In this document: positions 26,990-36,823 of the stretch, piece by piece
How the letters are laid out: every line of letters starts with the position of its first letter
Numbering within the stretch: the first letter of the stretch is position 1
IMG/VR virus record: IMGVR_UViG_3300028558_000016
Location: 418,157 to 482,156 of that record
Length of the DNA stretch: 64,000 bases
Strand: one strand, 5' to 3'
Translations under genes and position numbers: made by a program
The notes under the pieces: model-generated
Told to the model about the DNA's origin: nothing
What the model saw: the letters and a program-made list of their open reading frames with translations, nothing else
The model's database searches: none

Positions 26990-27934
26990 TTAAAATAGGA
27001 GAGGATCACCGAAATTAAGCAGATCTCCCATCTGGGTGGCCTTCTCTAATTGGTACTCTGGAATAGAAGGTCTCACATAAGGACGCACCTTAAACATGTC
27101 TGGGTTCTTCTCTTTGAACTCAAGCATCTTAAGAACTTCATTTGTCATATCTCTGCATTCTATTATCTGTGGGTCATCGTTATGCTCATTAAACCATACG
27201 ATGTACATTTTCTCATGAAGCTTAATGTTGGTGTTCTTTTCCAACAAATACTTGTAAGTGTAAAGCTGCAAAGAATAAGTGTTAAGCTCGCACGAGTCAA
27301 GATGACTTAAGCATTCCTTCATTTGGTACTTATTGGTCCATGCCAGTTTCCTGTTGGTCTTCCAATCGTAGAGTTGTAAGGCATTAAGCTGAGTGTTATA
27401 GAACAATTGATCAATCTGACCAGCAAGCTTCAGCTCCTTTGCTCCTACGACCAATTCTGATTTAACTGGAATTAGTATTCCAGTTTCAATGTATTTCTTG
27501 TAAAAGTTATTAGCAAGCTTCTTCATCATGAAGAAGGTTTTTTCGATGTCGTCGAAAGTAACAACGTCTTGGCCGGATTTATCTTCCATTACATCCTTGT
27601 TGGCCATTAGATTTTCGAGGTAGCTGTGGATCAATCTTCCTTCGTAAATTCCATGTCTGTTCTTGTAGGTCCACTCGGCTTTTAAATCTTTCTTGTGGCG
27701 TTCGAGAGCTTGATCATAAGTTTCCAATGAAAATTCGGTAATGCCTCCAGCTGCGTTTATTCTTTCGTCAGCTTTTATCTTGAGCCATTTCTCTTCATCA
27801 AATTCCTCTGTGAATCTGTGAATTAATCCTGTGACTGAAATGACTTGCTCGTCGTCTATGAAATAAACGTGAGGCTCATCGTAGAATTTAATGTTATTAA
27901 ACTTTGAAAATTCCTTAAAGATTTCGTAATTCAT
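26990..27934 (-). CDS. PD-(D/E)XK (Cas4-like/YqaJ-like) exonuclease
   Basis: EPHVY..SVTGLI..SELVV..AGQIDQLF..LYDWKTN..YSLQLYTY. Confidence 0.8.
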   Translation of the reverse strand: MNYEIFKEFSKFNNIKFYDEPHVYFIDDEQVISVTGLIHRFTEEFDEEKWLKIKADERINAAGGITEFSLETYDQALERHKKDLKAEWTYKNRHGIYEGRLIHSYLENLMANKDVMEDKSGQDVVTFDDIEKTFFMMKKLANNFYKKYIETGILIPVKSELVVGAKELKLAGQIDQLFYNTQLNALQLYDWKTNRKLAWTNKYQMKECLSHLDSCELNTYSLQLYTYKYLLEKNTNIKLHEKMYIVWFNEHNDDPQIIECRDMTNEVLKMLEFKEKNPDMFKVRPYVRPSIPEYQLEKATQMGDLLNFGDPLLF

Positions 27935-27973
27935 CGTTGGTTTTCTTTGTTATACCAACGACAATATTAAAAG

Positions 27974-28435
27974 TTACGGATGTATGAAATTGTATAACCA
28001 AGAGAAACCCATTCCGATTTTGTGTATTAAATCGAATTTAGATTCTGCCCACCACAATAACAATAATATTGCAGTCCACTTGATAATCCAATAGAGAGAA
28101 AGTTCTCTGAACAAAGGAATGTATTTAACACCAAACGCATAAACGCCAGCATCAGGATTGCATTGATCGTCGATCTTAACTGTGACAACTTCTTGCAAAT
28201 TCAAAGCAGCGAGATATTCGTTGATGGGTTTTAATTGCTCTATGACATAGAGCTGGTAGTATTGTTTTTCTGATTCATAAACTTCTGGTGGAAGATTTAT
28301 GACGGTGTACATTATTCCGAAATAACCAACTCTCAGATTTTTGGTTTTCCAATCTTCTGTGTTCTTGTTTTTCTTTATGGTCTTCCTAATGAAGAAGTAG
28401 TTACTGATTTCCTTTAGTATTCTGAATAATTTCAT
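27974..28435 (-). CDS. Hypothetical protein with C-terminal membrane anchor
   Basis: 153-aa ORF; WIIKWTAILLLLWW. Confidence 0.65.
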   Translation of the reverse strand: MKLFRILKEISNYFFIRKTIKKNKNTEDWKTKNLRVGYFGIMYTVINLPPEVYESEKQYYQLYVIEQLKPINEYLAALNLQEVVTVKIDDQCNPDAGVYAFGVKYIPLFRELSLYWIIKWTAILLLLWWAESKFDLIHKIGMGFSWLYNFIHP

Positions 28436-29231
28436 TTTGCATTACGTAATTTACGTACCCTTTAACGGACTCTGGTACTCGACCAAGTGCTCTCGGAAGT
28501 GAATCTCCCATTGCATAACATGCCAAAGCCATTTGCCATGCTTCTCCTTGATCCTTTTTTCTTTTATACCAATACTCATACTTTTGTTTCAGCAACAAAG
28601 AACCACAGATGAGATTGTTTAGAGATGTGTTTCCTCCTTTCAGAGAAAGGACATCGTAGAAATGTTTAAATGTGATAGGCATCATTTGCATGTAACCCAT
28701 TGCGCCAGAAGATGAATTGACTGCTGATGAATCAAATCTCGATTCGTGGTGAATAACCCTCACATAAATGGAGATAGGAATGTTCATCTTCTCAGCATTA
28801 TCTTTTATGGCCAACAAGTGATTGTCAGGAACTTTGCTTGGAACTAAAATTCCGCTCTTACTGTAAATCACAAATCTTATGTATGACTCGGTGTTCATCA
28901 GAGAATCCATGCATTCATCATACACGGTTTCCTTTGCGTTTGAATAGAGATTGGAAATTTCCTTATATGTTCCTTTGAGCTCTTGATCTTTGTTGTCTAT
29001 TGTATCCATCAAGACAAAGTTGTTTAAAAGGACAGCTCCCATAAAATAAATGACTGCCATGAAGGCAGTCACTTTAAAAAATCTTTTAATTGGAAATGTT
29101 TTAGTCCTGAATTCTGGATACAAAATGTACTCACAAAAAGAGATAGCGATCCTGTTGAACCGTGTATCCTTCTCATAACCCATTCTTAATCTTCTATAGA
29201 AATTTCTGATATTATTTTTCATCTTCTCCAT
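28401..29231 (-). CDS. Membrane-anchored lytic transglycosylase (SLT)
   Basis: VIHHESRF..AVNSSSGAMGYMQMMPIT..ALACYAMG. Confidence 0.85.
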   Translation of the reverse strand: MEKMKNNIRNFYRRLRMGYEKDTRFNRIAISFCEYILYPEFRTKTFPIKRFFKVTAFMAVIYFMGAVLLNNFVLMDTIDNKDQELKGTYKEISNLYSNAKETVYDECMDSLMNTESYIRFVIYSKSGILVPSKVPDNHLLAIKDNAEKMNIPISIYVRVIHHESRFDSSAVNSSSGAMGYMQMMPITFKHFYDVLSLKGGNTSLNNLICGSLLLKQKYEYWYKRKKDQGEAWQMALACYAMGDSLPRALGRVPESVKGYVNYVMQNEIIQNTKGNQ

Positions 29232-29292
29232 TTTAGTATCAATTGATTATCTAATACAAATATACTAAAAAAATGTCAAAAAAGGAAATAAA

Positions 29293-29430
29293 TTAGTTAC
29301 TTTTTTCTATAGACTTTATCTTATCCTCGATTTCCACGAGTTCTTCTGTAAGAACCTCTATTAGGTCATCCGATAGCTTTTTTAACAGCTCGTCGTTCAA
29401 GGATTCATTCATTGTAGGCATTGTGCTCAT
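29293..29430 (-). CDS. Small acidic protein (45 aa, not in ORF track)
   Basis: MSTMPTMNESLNDELLKKLSDDLIEVLTEELVEIEDKIKSIEKSN; ATGA overlap. Confidence 0.45.
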   Translation of the reverse strand: MSTMPTMNESLNDELLKKLSDDLIEVLTEELVEIEDKIKSIEKSN

Positions 29431-29897
29431 ATTTCTTGGTTGTTGTATAATATAGTGCTTGAATGTAAGTTCAATGTTATCTCTTTAGTTCTTGCAGCCT
29501 GCAGAAAATTATTTTCTTCCAGGTGTGTGAAAAAAAGAAGATCATCAAAGTCCACGCTCATGTTGCACTCCTTATATATCAAGGTGCCTATGATTTTACC
29601 CTTCTTACCATAATCATTATCCAAAATGGAAATTATGACGTCAGACTTCTTTTGGCTGTTTTTAAGCTTCAAAAGAGAATCGACAGGAACTATCTTCCTT
29701 GTGTCATTTTGGTAATAGAGTCCAAATGTTATCTCACGAGATGAAACAGACTTCACACAATCGTGCAAGATCTGTTTATCCTCGTCAGTTAAATCTACTG
29801 AAGTGAATTCAACATCAAAGTATGTCGAATAAATCGGTTCCAGCTTCTTCACATTTTCCTCTTGCTTCAATAATTGATTGCTCGAATTCGTCTTCAT
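29427..29897 (-). CDS. Hypothetical protein (start uncertain)
   Basis: Open frame that overlaps the end of the sigma gene. Confidence 0.55.
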   Translation of the reverse strand: MKTNSSNQLLKQEENVKKLEPIYSTYFDVEFTSVDLTDEDKQILHDCVKSVSSREITFGLYYQNDTRKIVPVDSLLKLKNSQKKSDVIISILDNDYGKKGKIIGTLIYKECNMSVDFDDLLFFTHLEENNFLQAARTKEITLNLHSSTILYNNQEI

Positions 29898-30843
29898 CGT
29901 TATGTTGGGTTTGTTTGTTTTTATTTCGTGACTGAACGAGCTTGAAGTATTCTGGATTGTTCTCAATGATCTGAGTTCTCGCCCTCTTTATTCTCGTCTT
30001 AACGCTGTTAATGTTTATGTTGTGCTTCTCAGCAATTGCTTTATACTTCATTCCATTTAATTCTCTGTCGATCATGATCTCCTTGTAAAATCTTGAAAGG
30101 CCATTTATCTCCTTTAAAACTTTTTCATAGACAACCTGATGAACATCTTCAGACTCATTGAGATCCCAATCAGGATCCACTTGCACCAATTCTTCGTCAG
30201 CACCACATCTTATCAAGTTGTGCTCGCTGTATTGCATTGCTTCCGAATGATTGCTTCCAGCATTTAATGAAACCAGCATCTTATTTTTTCTGATGTGTTG
30301 CATCGCCTCGTTGTGTACTATTCTATAAGCCCAAGTCGAAAAGTTCCAGTACTTGTTGTATTGATCTATCTTGCTCCAGATCTTTGTGAATGCAATAGAC
30401 ACAACATCTTCTGCAGAAGCTTCGTCTTTCAATATGTTCATTGCATGGAAAATCATTCCAGGTTTTAATCTTGCGTAAAGATTATTGAAATCTCTTTCTG
30501 ATCTGCTCTTGTAAAATTCAAGTGCTATCTTCTGTAATCCTTTTGCCTTGATGATGTCATCCTCGGTTACTATTAATTCCTTTGGAATTTCTACTTCTAT
30601 GTCTGCAACTTTTTCTGGTAAAGCAACAACTGCAGGAAGCTTTTGACAGTCGATGTAATTATCGAACTTCAATTCACCTTTCTTAAGTTTACCTTTGTAC
30701 CATGAAATATTTCCAGGTCCAGTCCTCGATCCCATTATTCTCATCACCTCATCCGCGATCTGCTTGTTCGTCCACTCCTTGTTGTAGAAGATCAAGTGCA
30801 TTGCACAATGTGCTATGCTTGGAAATTTTTGTTCTGTTGACAT
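29815..30843 (-). CDS. ECF-type sigma-70 family RNA polymerase sigma factor with N-terminal extension
   Basis: Region 2 AEDVVSIAFTKIW..FSTWAYRIVHNEAMQHIRK; region 4 LNGMKYKAIAEKHNININSVKTRIKRAR. Confidence 0.9.
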   Translation of the reverse strand: MSTEQKFPSIAHCAMHLIFYNKEWTNKQIADEVMRIMGSRTGPGNISWYKGKLKKGELKFDNYIDCQKLPAVVALPEKVADIEVEIPKELIVTEDDIIKAKGLQKIALEFYKSRSERDFNNLYARLKPGMIFHAMNILKDEASAEDVVSIAFTKIWSKIDQYNKYWNFSTWAYRIVHNEAMQHIRKNKMLVSLNAGSNHSEAMQYSEHNLIRCGADEELVQVDPDWDLNESEDVHQVVYEKVLKEINGLSRFYKEIMIDRELNGMKYKAIAEKHNININSVKTRIKRARTQIIENNPEYFKLVQSRNKNKQTQHNDEDEFEQSIIEARGKCEEAGTDLFDIL

Positions 30844-30879
30844 TGTTGTTACTTTTATTTTTACGTTCCGTTTATAATT

Positions 30880-31173
30880 TTACTTTAAATCTGACATCTT
30901 CGTTGTTGATCTTAACATCAATCTTATCATGATGACCAACAAATAAGTTTTGATATAAGACAGCGGATGTTCAGTGACTACGTAATTCCAAATCCACCAA
31001 ATTGCAATTGATTCTGCTGCGACAATTCCTGCCGCCCAAAATATGCTTGTCACCATTGACCTGACAGAATTTTTAACCTTATCTACTGGTGATATTTTTT
31101 CTTTTTTCTCTTCTCCAATCGGACCATCTTTTTCTATTCCTCTTCCTTGTTGGTAGTGTCTCATGTTATTCAT
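30880..31173 (-). CDS. Small membrane protein
   Basis: Two hydrophobic segments. Confidence 0.6.
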   Translation of the reverse strand: MNNMRHYQQGRGIEKDGPIGEEKKEKISPVDKVKNSVRSMVTSIFWAAGIVAAESIAIWWIWNYVVTEHPLSYIKTYLLVIMIRLMLRSTTKMSDLK

Positions 31174-31561
31174 TTTTAAATTGTTTTATCATTTCCACAA
31201 AAGCTGGATTCATCCAACCTCCAAAATCATCTCTCGCTTCTAACTTTAGAATTAAATCATAAGATTCTTTTTGTCCTATTTGAACTTGCATCTCTCTTGG
31301 TTCCATTCCAACTTGACTGTCCTCGAGTTCTCCCCAAGAATCTTGTCTTGCTTTTATGAAAGCATTTAATGGATCTGTTGGTCCGTTGCCGTTCATTCCA
31401 TAAGTCATGTTCATCATGAATGCTCTCATTCTTTCGTTTGAAGCCCTGCTGACATAAGCTTGTTTTTCTTCCTCGCTCATGTGTTTAATCATGTTGATCT
31501 TGTAATGCAAAGTTCCTATTGCACCTGGTTCAAGATCGTAAAATCCTGGTTCGGTATACAT
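31166..31561 (-). CDS. Hypothetical protein
   Basis: 131-aa coupled ORF. Confidence 0.6.
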   Translation of the reverse strand: MYTEPGFYDLEPGAIGTLHYKINMIKHMSEEEKQAYVSRASNERMRAFMMNMTYGMNGNGPTDPLNAFIKARQDSWGELEDSQVGMEPREMQVQIGQKESYDLILKLEARDDFGGWMNPAFVEMIKQFKNE

Positions 31562-31971
31562 TAATCAATGTTTATTTTTTCTACTAATAATCCCTGAGAC
31601 TTTAAGAAATCTATTCCAGTCGTGTCTCTGTATTCTTCACAATAAACAATTCGAGTTATCCCGGATTGGAGAATAAGCTTGCTGCACTCCTTGCACGGTG
31701 AAAGAGTGACGTATAACGTAGAACCTATAGATGATACTGGATTTTTTGCAAGCTTCGCAAGAGCGTTTGACTCAGCGTGTAGAACTTGCCAATTAGTATT
31801 ATTGTTTTCATCCTCACAACAGTTGTCCATTCCTGTTGGCATTCCATTGAAGCCATCAGAGATGATCACATTGTCTTTTACGACCAATGCGCCTACTTTA
31901 TTTCTATTGCAGTGAGAATTTTGGCCCCAAATGGAAGCCATTTTCATGTATGAAACATCAAACCTATTCAT
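31561..31971 (-). CDS. dCMP deaminase
   Basis: SHCNRNKVGA, HAESNAL, PCKECSK zinc motifs. Confidence 0.9.
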   Translation of the reverse strand: MNRFDVSYMKMASIWGQNSHCNRNKVGALVVKDNVIISDGFNGMPTGMDNCCEDENNNTNWQVLHAESNALAKLAKNPVSSIGSTLYVTLSPCKECSKLILQSGITRIVYCEEYRDTTGIDFLKSQGLLVEKINID

Positions 31972-32155
31972 CAGATATTCAGGGTCTGGTTATATGCAAA
32001 GATGACAGCAATGTTTCGCGGCATTTATGCAGACAACAATGTTTGGGCAATAGGGGATTTGATATGGATTGGAGGGCTTTTGACCCATCTGAACGAGAGT
32101 TCAGAATTTCCTGACGAGACAAATATAGATTAATTACTTGAAACAAAAAAATTAA

Positions 32156-35100
32156 TTATGCAACAGTTTGCACTTTTAACGTTCCTTGTAAAATCATTTT
32201 TATGTCCTTCAATGCGCCAGCCATACTCGCCATGTTTGTAGTTAAATCAGTCATCATCTGAGTTAACTGAGCATTATTTTGCTGAGCACCTGGTTTTGTT
32301 TGTGTAGCAACCTCAGCTGGTTTAACAGCAGTTTTTCCTGGTTCAGAATTTATTGCAGTTGTAGGAGTTGGCTCTGTAACAGGCGTTGCAGGTTTAGCAT
32401 TACCTTTTTCATAAATGAAATTGATGAGTGCTGCACCCTTATCCGTCAATGTACTGAACGCATTTGGATCAACCTTAGCAAAAGTAACTAATGATTGAAT
32501 CAACAAGTCAGAAGTCTTAACGGTCTTTCCGTCCATCTTCTTAAATGTTCCTGCAAACTTGTCCATGCTCTTAGCAATTCTCTCAAAAGAGTCTGCGAGC
32601 TTAGTTAATGGATCAGCAGTTGCAGCCATTCTCTCGAGATAACCAACGGCTTTATCAAGAGACGTCATGTCCATGTTAGGTTTTATTCCTGCGATGGTTG
32701 CCATTATTTTGGAAAGGCTTGATGACAATCCGCTTCCAGTTTTTTCTGTTATCTTCTTCTCTTCAACCTTAGCAAGAAGGTCAATGAAGTTTTTCAAAGG
32801 ATCCACGAGGGTTCCGAATATGTTTGTTACAGCCTCAAGTTTTTCTTTATTAGGCTCAATTATTTTCGCAGCATCCAAGAATGCTTGCGGAATGACCATC
32901 AACGTTAATTTAATTCTGTTTGCTACCTGAGAGAAATCTTTAACTGCAGCGACAGATGTAACCATCGCAGCAATTCCATTTAAGTCTGCAGAAATTCCTT
33001 GTATTGCAGCTTTACCTTTTTCAATGTCGCTGTCTCTGAACCAACCTGAATTTGCTGCTTCACCAGAACCAACATCAGCTAAAGCTCCAGTAACAGCCTT
33101 GATCATGTTGATGATGTTAGTTCTAACAGAACCACCTTCAGCCAACATGGAAGGATCAATTACAGTTACTCCGGTCTGTTTACCGTTTTTGTCGTAAATA
33201 GGGAAAGTTAAGTTTGCAGCCTTCTGAACGAAATCAGCAAGACCAACAAGATCACCACCAATTCCTCTAATTACTTCTGCACCTTTTTCTCCGTCAGATT
33301 TACTGAACCATCCTGTCTCACCTTGAGATTTTCCAACCTCAGTTAAAGTTCCTGCAATGGCAGTGATCAACATCTTCATGTTGGTCGTAACCTGCTGGAA
33401 TTGCTTGTCGCCTATTCCGAAATATCCTGTGATCTTTCCGTTCTTATCGTAAATAGGGAATTTCAAGTCTGCCATCTTGGCAACACCTTCAGCCATTCCC
33501 TTAATAATATTTCCTACACCTGAGACTGCATCAATACCATCCTCAACATCATCCCAATCAACTGCAGTTCCTTTTCCTCTGCTAACATCAACAAACGCAT
33601 TCAACACGCTCGTCAATACTGAATTGACAGATTTGCTTACGCCTTCTATTCCTCCAGGAATTCCTCTTTGGATTATGTTTGCAAATCCTGCTAAACCACC
33701 TGCGATGCTCATCAATGCAAAACCTGCCATCAACCAAGCTGGAACTGAAGCGTAGAATCCTAATAATTTTATTGGACCCATCACCATGCCATCGACTACT
33801 GAAGAAAGAGCTGCGTCTATATTTGTTCTTCCTTTATAAGCACTCATCGTTGATTCTTCAAACAACATAGCAGATTTCTTGTAAGCAAAATTGAATGCAA
33901 GAAGTCCACCAGTCAATGTGATCAACGCAACAGATGCTACTATCAATCCAGCGGCACCCAATAACATGAATGCACTCTTGATTGGATTTATTGTGAATGC
34001 GCTCACGATTCCTGTAATTACAGAATTCATCATGAGCTCCTCAGGATCGTTTGGATCTTGTTTTAAAATTCCGTCCTTAGCTTTATTGAACGCAAAATTT
34101 ATTGCGAGCAAACCGACAGACAACGTGATCATTGCTATTGAAGCAACGAGCAACGCAGCGGCTCCGGCAAGCATGAATACCGATTTGATTGGATTTATTG
34201 CAAACGCATCTGCAATTCCTCCGATCATTACTTCCATGTTAGATTCATCTGGATATTGCGTGCTTGGTGCGAGAAGTCCTGTCATCGCTTTTTGATAAAC
34301 CGCGTTCAACGTCAAAATTCCTAATGACAACGTGATCATTGCTATTGAAGCAACGAGCAACGCAGCGGCACCCAACAATATTGGAATTGCCATCAATCCT
34401 GCAAGGAACATGGCTCCACCAACCGCAACAACTGCTGCGCCAGCCATGAGAAAATCTTCTGAAGTAATCTTAAATAATTTGAATGAACCAATTCCAAGAG
34501 CAAGCGCAATCAATGCTAATCCTCCAAATGCGAGAGCCAATGCACCTTCTTCTATTTCGCTTGCAAACATTCCTACAAGACCCATTGCCAATCCTGTTAC
34601 TGCAACAGCGGCTCCGGCAATCAGGACAGATTTTATATCGATCTTTAATAATTGGAATGAAGCAATACCGAACGCAAGGGATATTAAAGCAAGTCCCATC
34701 CAAGCGGCTGCCTTTGCACCTTGCTCAATTGGATCTGCGAATTGTCCAAGGAAATAAAACGCGAGACTGAACACAGTCAATCCAGCAATAACTATCAAAG
34801 CTCCTTCGGCGTAGGCCTTCCAGGAACCTCCAGCTAATTCTTTTGTTGCGAATAAAGCGATGGAAAATCCTACGATTCCCAACGACATCCATCCTATGGA
34901 TTTTGCACCTTCTGTTATGTTCTCAGCCACCTCACCTATCTTTGAGAAGGTGTAAGCGTAAAGAGCCAACATTGGAATGATTATAAGAGATCCTATCGCG
35001 CCAATGACATAAAGAGGAGTTGCTAAAAATAAAACCAATCCAAGCTGTGCGATTCCTAAAGCCATCACGCTTAATCCTTCGCCACCTTCTTTTATTTTCT

Positions 35101-35515
35101 TCGTGTCAATGCTTTGAAATTGATCTGAGATTTTCTTTAAAAATTGTATTAAATTATCGACGGCATCCTCTGGGATTTTTGAATAAAATTTCAAAGCAAC
35201 GTTTAAAGATTTTAAACCTTCCGTCAATGCCTTGAATCCTTCTTTTAGTTTTGGACCTGCCTCAGCCAAATCAGAAAGACTGCTTGTTAAATTCTTAAAT
35301 TTATTTGCTATTCCTCCCAATGCGGCTTCCTCAGCTTTTCCACCAGATTTACCGCTTCCGCCTTTACCAATAGAGTCGAGCCTGTCAGCAAGTCTGTCCA
35401 ACGTGGCAGCTTGTTGTTCTGCAAGGGACTCCAACTTGTTAACTACGTGGTCCATCGATCTTGCCGAATCGACCAACATAGATGCGGCCATTAATAATGC
35501 TTTTTCTGATGCCAT
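32156..35515 (-). CDS. Tape measure protein
   Basis: 1119-aa A/G/hydrophobic helical protein with internal repeats, downstream of the baseplate hub genes and a late-promoter box. Confidence 0.75.
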   Translation of the reverse strand: MASEKALLMAASMLVDSARSMDHVVNKLESLAEQQAATLDRLADRLDSIGKGGSGKSGGKAEEAALGGIANKFKNLTSSLSDLAEAGPKLKEGFKALTEGLKSLNVALKFYSKIPEDAVDNLIQFLKKISDQFQSIDTKKIKEGGEGLSVMALGIAQLGLVLFLATPLYVIGAIGSLIIIPMLALYAYTFSKIGEVAENITEGAKSIGWMSLGIVGFSIALFATKELAGGSWKAYAEGALIVIAGLTVFSLAFYFLGQFADPIEQGAKAAAWMGLALISLAFGIASFQLLKIDIKSVLIAGAAVAVTGLAMGLVGMFASEIEEGALALAFGGLALIALALGIGSFKLFKITSEDFLMAGAAVVAVGGAMFLAGLMAIPILLGAAALLVASIAMITLSLGILTLNAVYQKAMTGLLAPSTQYPDESNMEVMIGGIADAFAINPIKSVFMLAGAAALLVASIAMITLSVGLLAINFAFNKAKDGILKQDPNDPEELMMNSVITGIVSAFTINPIKSAFMLLGAAGLIVASVALITLTGGLLAFNFAYKKSAMLFEESTMSAYKGRTNIDAALSSVVDGMVMGPIKLLGFYASVPAWLMAGFALMSIAGGLAGFANIIQRGIPGGIEGVSKSVNSVLTSVLNAFVDVSRGKGTAVDWDDVEDGIDAVSGVGNIIKGMAEGVAKMADLKFPIYDKNGKITGYFGIGDKQFQQVTTNMKMLITAIAGTLTEVGKSQGETGWFSKSDGEKGAEVIRGIGGDLVGLADFVQKAANLTFPIYDKNGKQTGVTVIDPSMLAEGGSVRTNIINMIKAVTGALADVGSGEAANSGWFRDSDIEKGKAAIQGISADLNGIAAMVTSVAAVKDFSQVANRIKLTLMVIPQAFLDAAKIIEPNKEKLEAVTNIFGTLVDPLKNFIDLLAKVEEKKITEKTGSGLSSSLSKIMATIAGIKPNMDMTSLDKAVGYLERMAATADPLTKLADSFERIAKSMDKFAGTFKKMDGKTVKTSDLLIQSLVTFAKVDPNAFSTLTDKGAALINFIYEKGNAKPATPVTEPTPTTAINSEPGKTAVKPAEVATQTKPGAQQNNAQLTQMMTDLTTNMASMAGALKDIKMILQGTLKVQTVA
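34119..34369. repeat. Exact 44-nt direct repeat inside the tape measure gene
   Basis: gacaacgtgatcattgctattgaagcaacgagcaacgcagcggc at 34119-34162 and 34326-34369 (period 207 nt = 69 codons). Confidence 0.9.
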
Positions 35516-35550
35516 TTAATAAGAGAATTCTATTCATCCTATATATTTGG

Positions 35551-35582
35551 AAAAAAAGAAGCCCCGAATCTCTTCGGGGCTT
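35551..35582 (-). terminator. Rho-independent terminator
   Basis: aagccccgaa/ttcggggctt stem; U tract on the - strand. Confidence 0.85.
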
Positions 35583-35588
35583 AAAAGT

Positions 35589-35716
35589 AAGAATGCAGAG
35601 TTATTCTATTGTTTCCAATTCTTTATTAACCTTACGGTCGCAGTTTTGAGCTTTTATAAGCGGACTAATTCCTGTTATTCCAGCACCTCCATCAGATTTT
35701 CCCTGATTGCATTCTT
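35589..35716 (-). ncRNA. Candidate structured RNA
   Basis: 9-bp closing stem aagaatgca/tgcattctt enclosing several short hairpins, two with GNRA loops; no ORF. Confidence 0.35.
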
Positions 35717-36473
35717 ATTTATTGTCTGTATCTTTTTTCAAGTCCTTGTTCAATTCTTCCTCTTTTTCTGCACCGTTGTCAGCTATCAAAGAATCCAATG
35801 AAGCAGAATACATCCTTGAATTTGAATTAGAAGATCTCAGTTTAGAAACTGAAGCGCTCATGTTCATATATGCGGTGTTGACACCTTTTCCTGTATTGGA
35901 ATAAGATAGAGTGTTTCCTGCAGAAACTCCCATGCTTCCACCTGCCTGCATAGTATCAATGTTTGCTCCAATGAATACGAAAGCCCATTTGTCTTCGTCC
36001 TGTCTTTTCTTGATGGACTCAAACACGGCTTTTTGGGTGTATTCCCTGCTGGAATTTTCCTCACCGTCTGTCATGATTAATACCACAACCTTATCCGATT
36101 TGTCTGCTGCGTCCTTCCATTGATTATAGACTGTATCGATTGTAGAACCGATTGCATCATACATCGCTGTCATTCCTTTAGGAACGTAAGTTTCTTTGGT
36201 CAATTGAGGAATGCTTTGAATGTCAGCACGATCGTGGATTATCTCGTAAGTTTTTCCACCACCAGCAGCATCACCGTATCCGCCGTCAAATAAGCAAAGA
36301 GTCAAAGTCGCTTTGCCGACGGCTTTCTTTTGTTCTCCAAGAAATGCGTTAAATCCTTCAATTGTTTTTTCTACCAATCCAGACGTTTGGATAGAAGTAG
36401 ACCTGTCGAGAATACAGATGATGTCTGTAGTTTCGTCTTCGGCATTTTTGATTGTTTTGTGTTCCGTTGTCAT
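35715..36473 (-). CDS. Stand-alone vWA-domain protein
   Basis: IICILDRSTSI, GMTAMYDAIG, LIMTDGEENSS. Confidence 0.85.
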   Translation of the reverse strand: MTTEHKTIKNAEDETTDIICILDRSTSIQTSGLVEKTIEGFNAFLGEQKKAVGKATLTLCLFDGGYGDAAGGGKTYEIIHDRADIQSIPQLTKETYVPKGMTAMYDAIGSTIDTVYNQWKDAADKSDKVVVLIMTDGEENSSREYTQKAVFESIKKRQDEDKWAFVFIGANIDTMQAGGSMGVSAGNTLSYSNTGKGVNTAYMNMSASVSKLRSSNSNSRMYSASLDSLIADNGAEKEEELNKDLKKDTDNK

Positions 36474-36480
36474 TTTTATT

Positions 36481-36741
36481 TTAGTTAAAGTTTTTTGCAG
36501 ATTCTAATAATTTTTTTGCTATTTCCTTGTGCTCTTCCGGCGTATGTTCGATGGTTAACAAATGCTTGTTTTCCGTCAAAAATTCCAAACATTTATCATA
36601 TTCTCCGGAATGAAAATTCTGGTAATAATCAATATGTTCTGGATTCAGATAAATATTTGTATTTATCAATGCAATTTCTGACGGTTTAAATGTTGCCATT
36701 ATTTTTTCCGTCAATTCTTCCTTCGTTTTTAAAATTTCCAT
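36481..36741 (-). CDS. Hypothetical protein
   Basis: 86-aa ORF. Confidence 0.6.
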   Translation of the reverse strand: MEILKTKEELTEKIMATFKPSEIALINTNIYLNPEHIDYYQNFHSGEYDKCLEFLTENKHLLTIEHTPEEHKEIAKKLLESAKNFN

Positions 36742-36790
36742 TTGGTTTGGTTTTAATTGTTATTAGATAATTATAGCAATATACTAAAAG

Positions 36791-36821
36791 AATATCCCAC
36801 CTTTTTTATCAGTGGGATATT
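36791..36821 (-). terminator. Probable terminator
   Basis: aatatcccac/gtgggatatt stem after the gp51-like gene. Confidence 0.65.
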
Positions 36822-36823
36822 TA

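Noticed and set aside
26990-27934. Cas4-like nuclease as evidence of a CRISPR system
   Set aside because: Stand-alone PD-(D/E)XK nucleases are common in phages; no array or other cas genes are seen.
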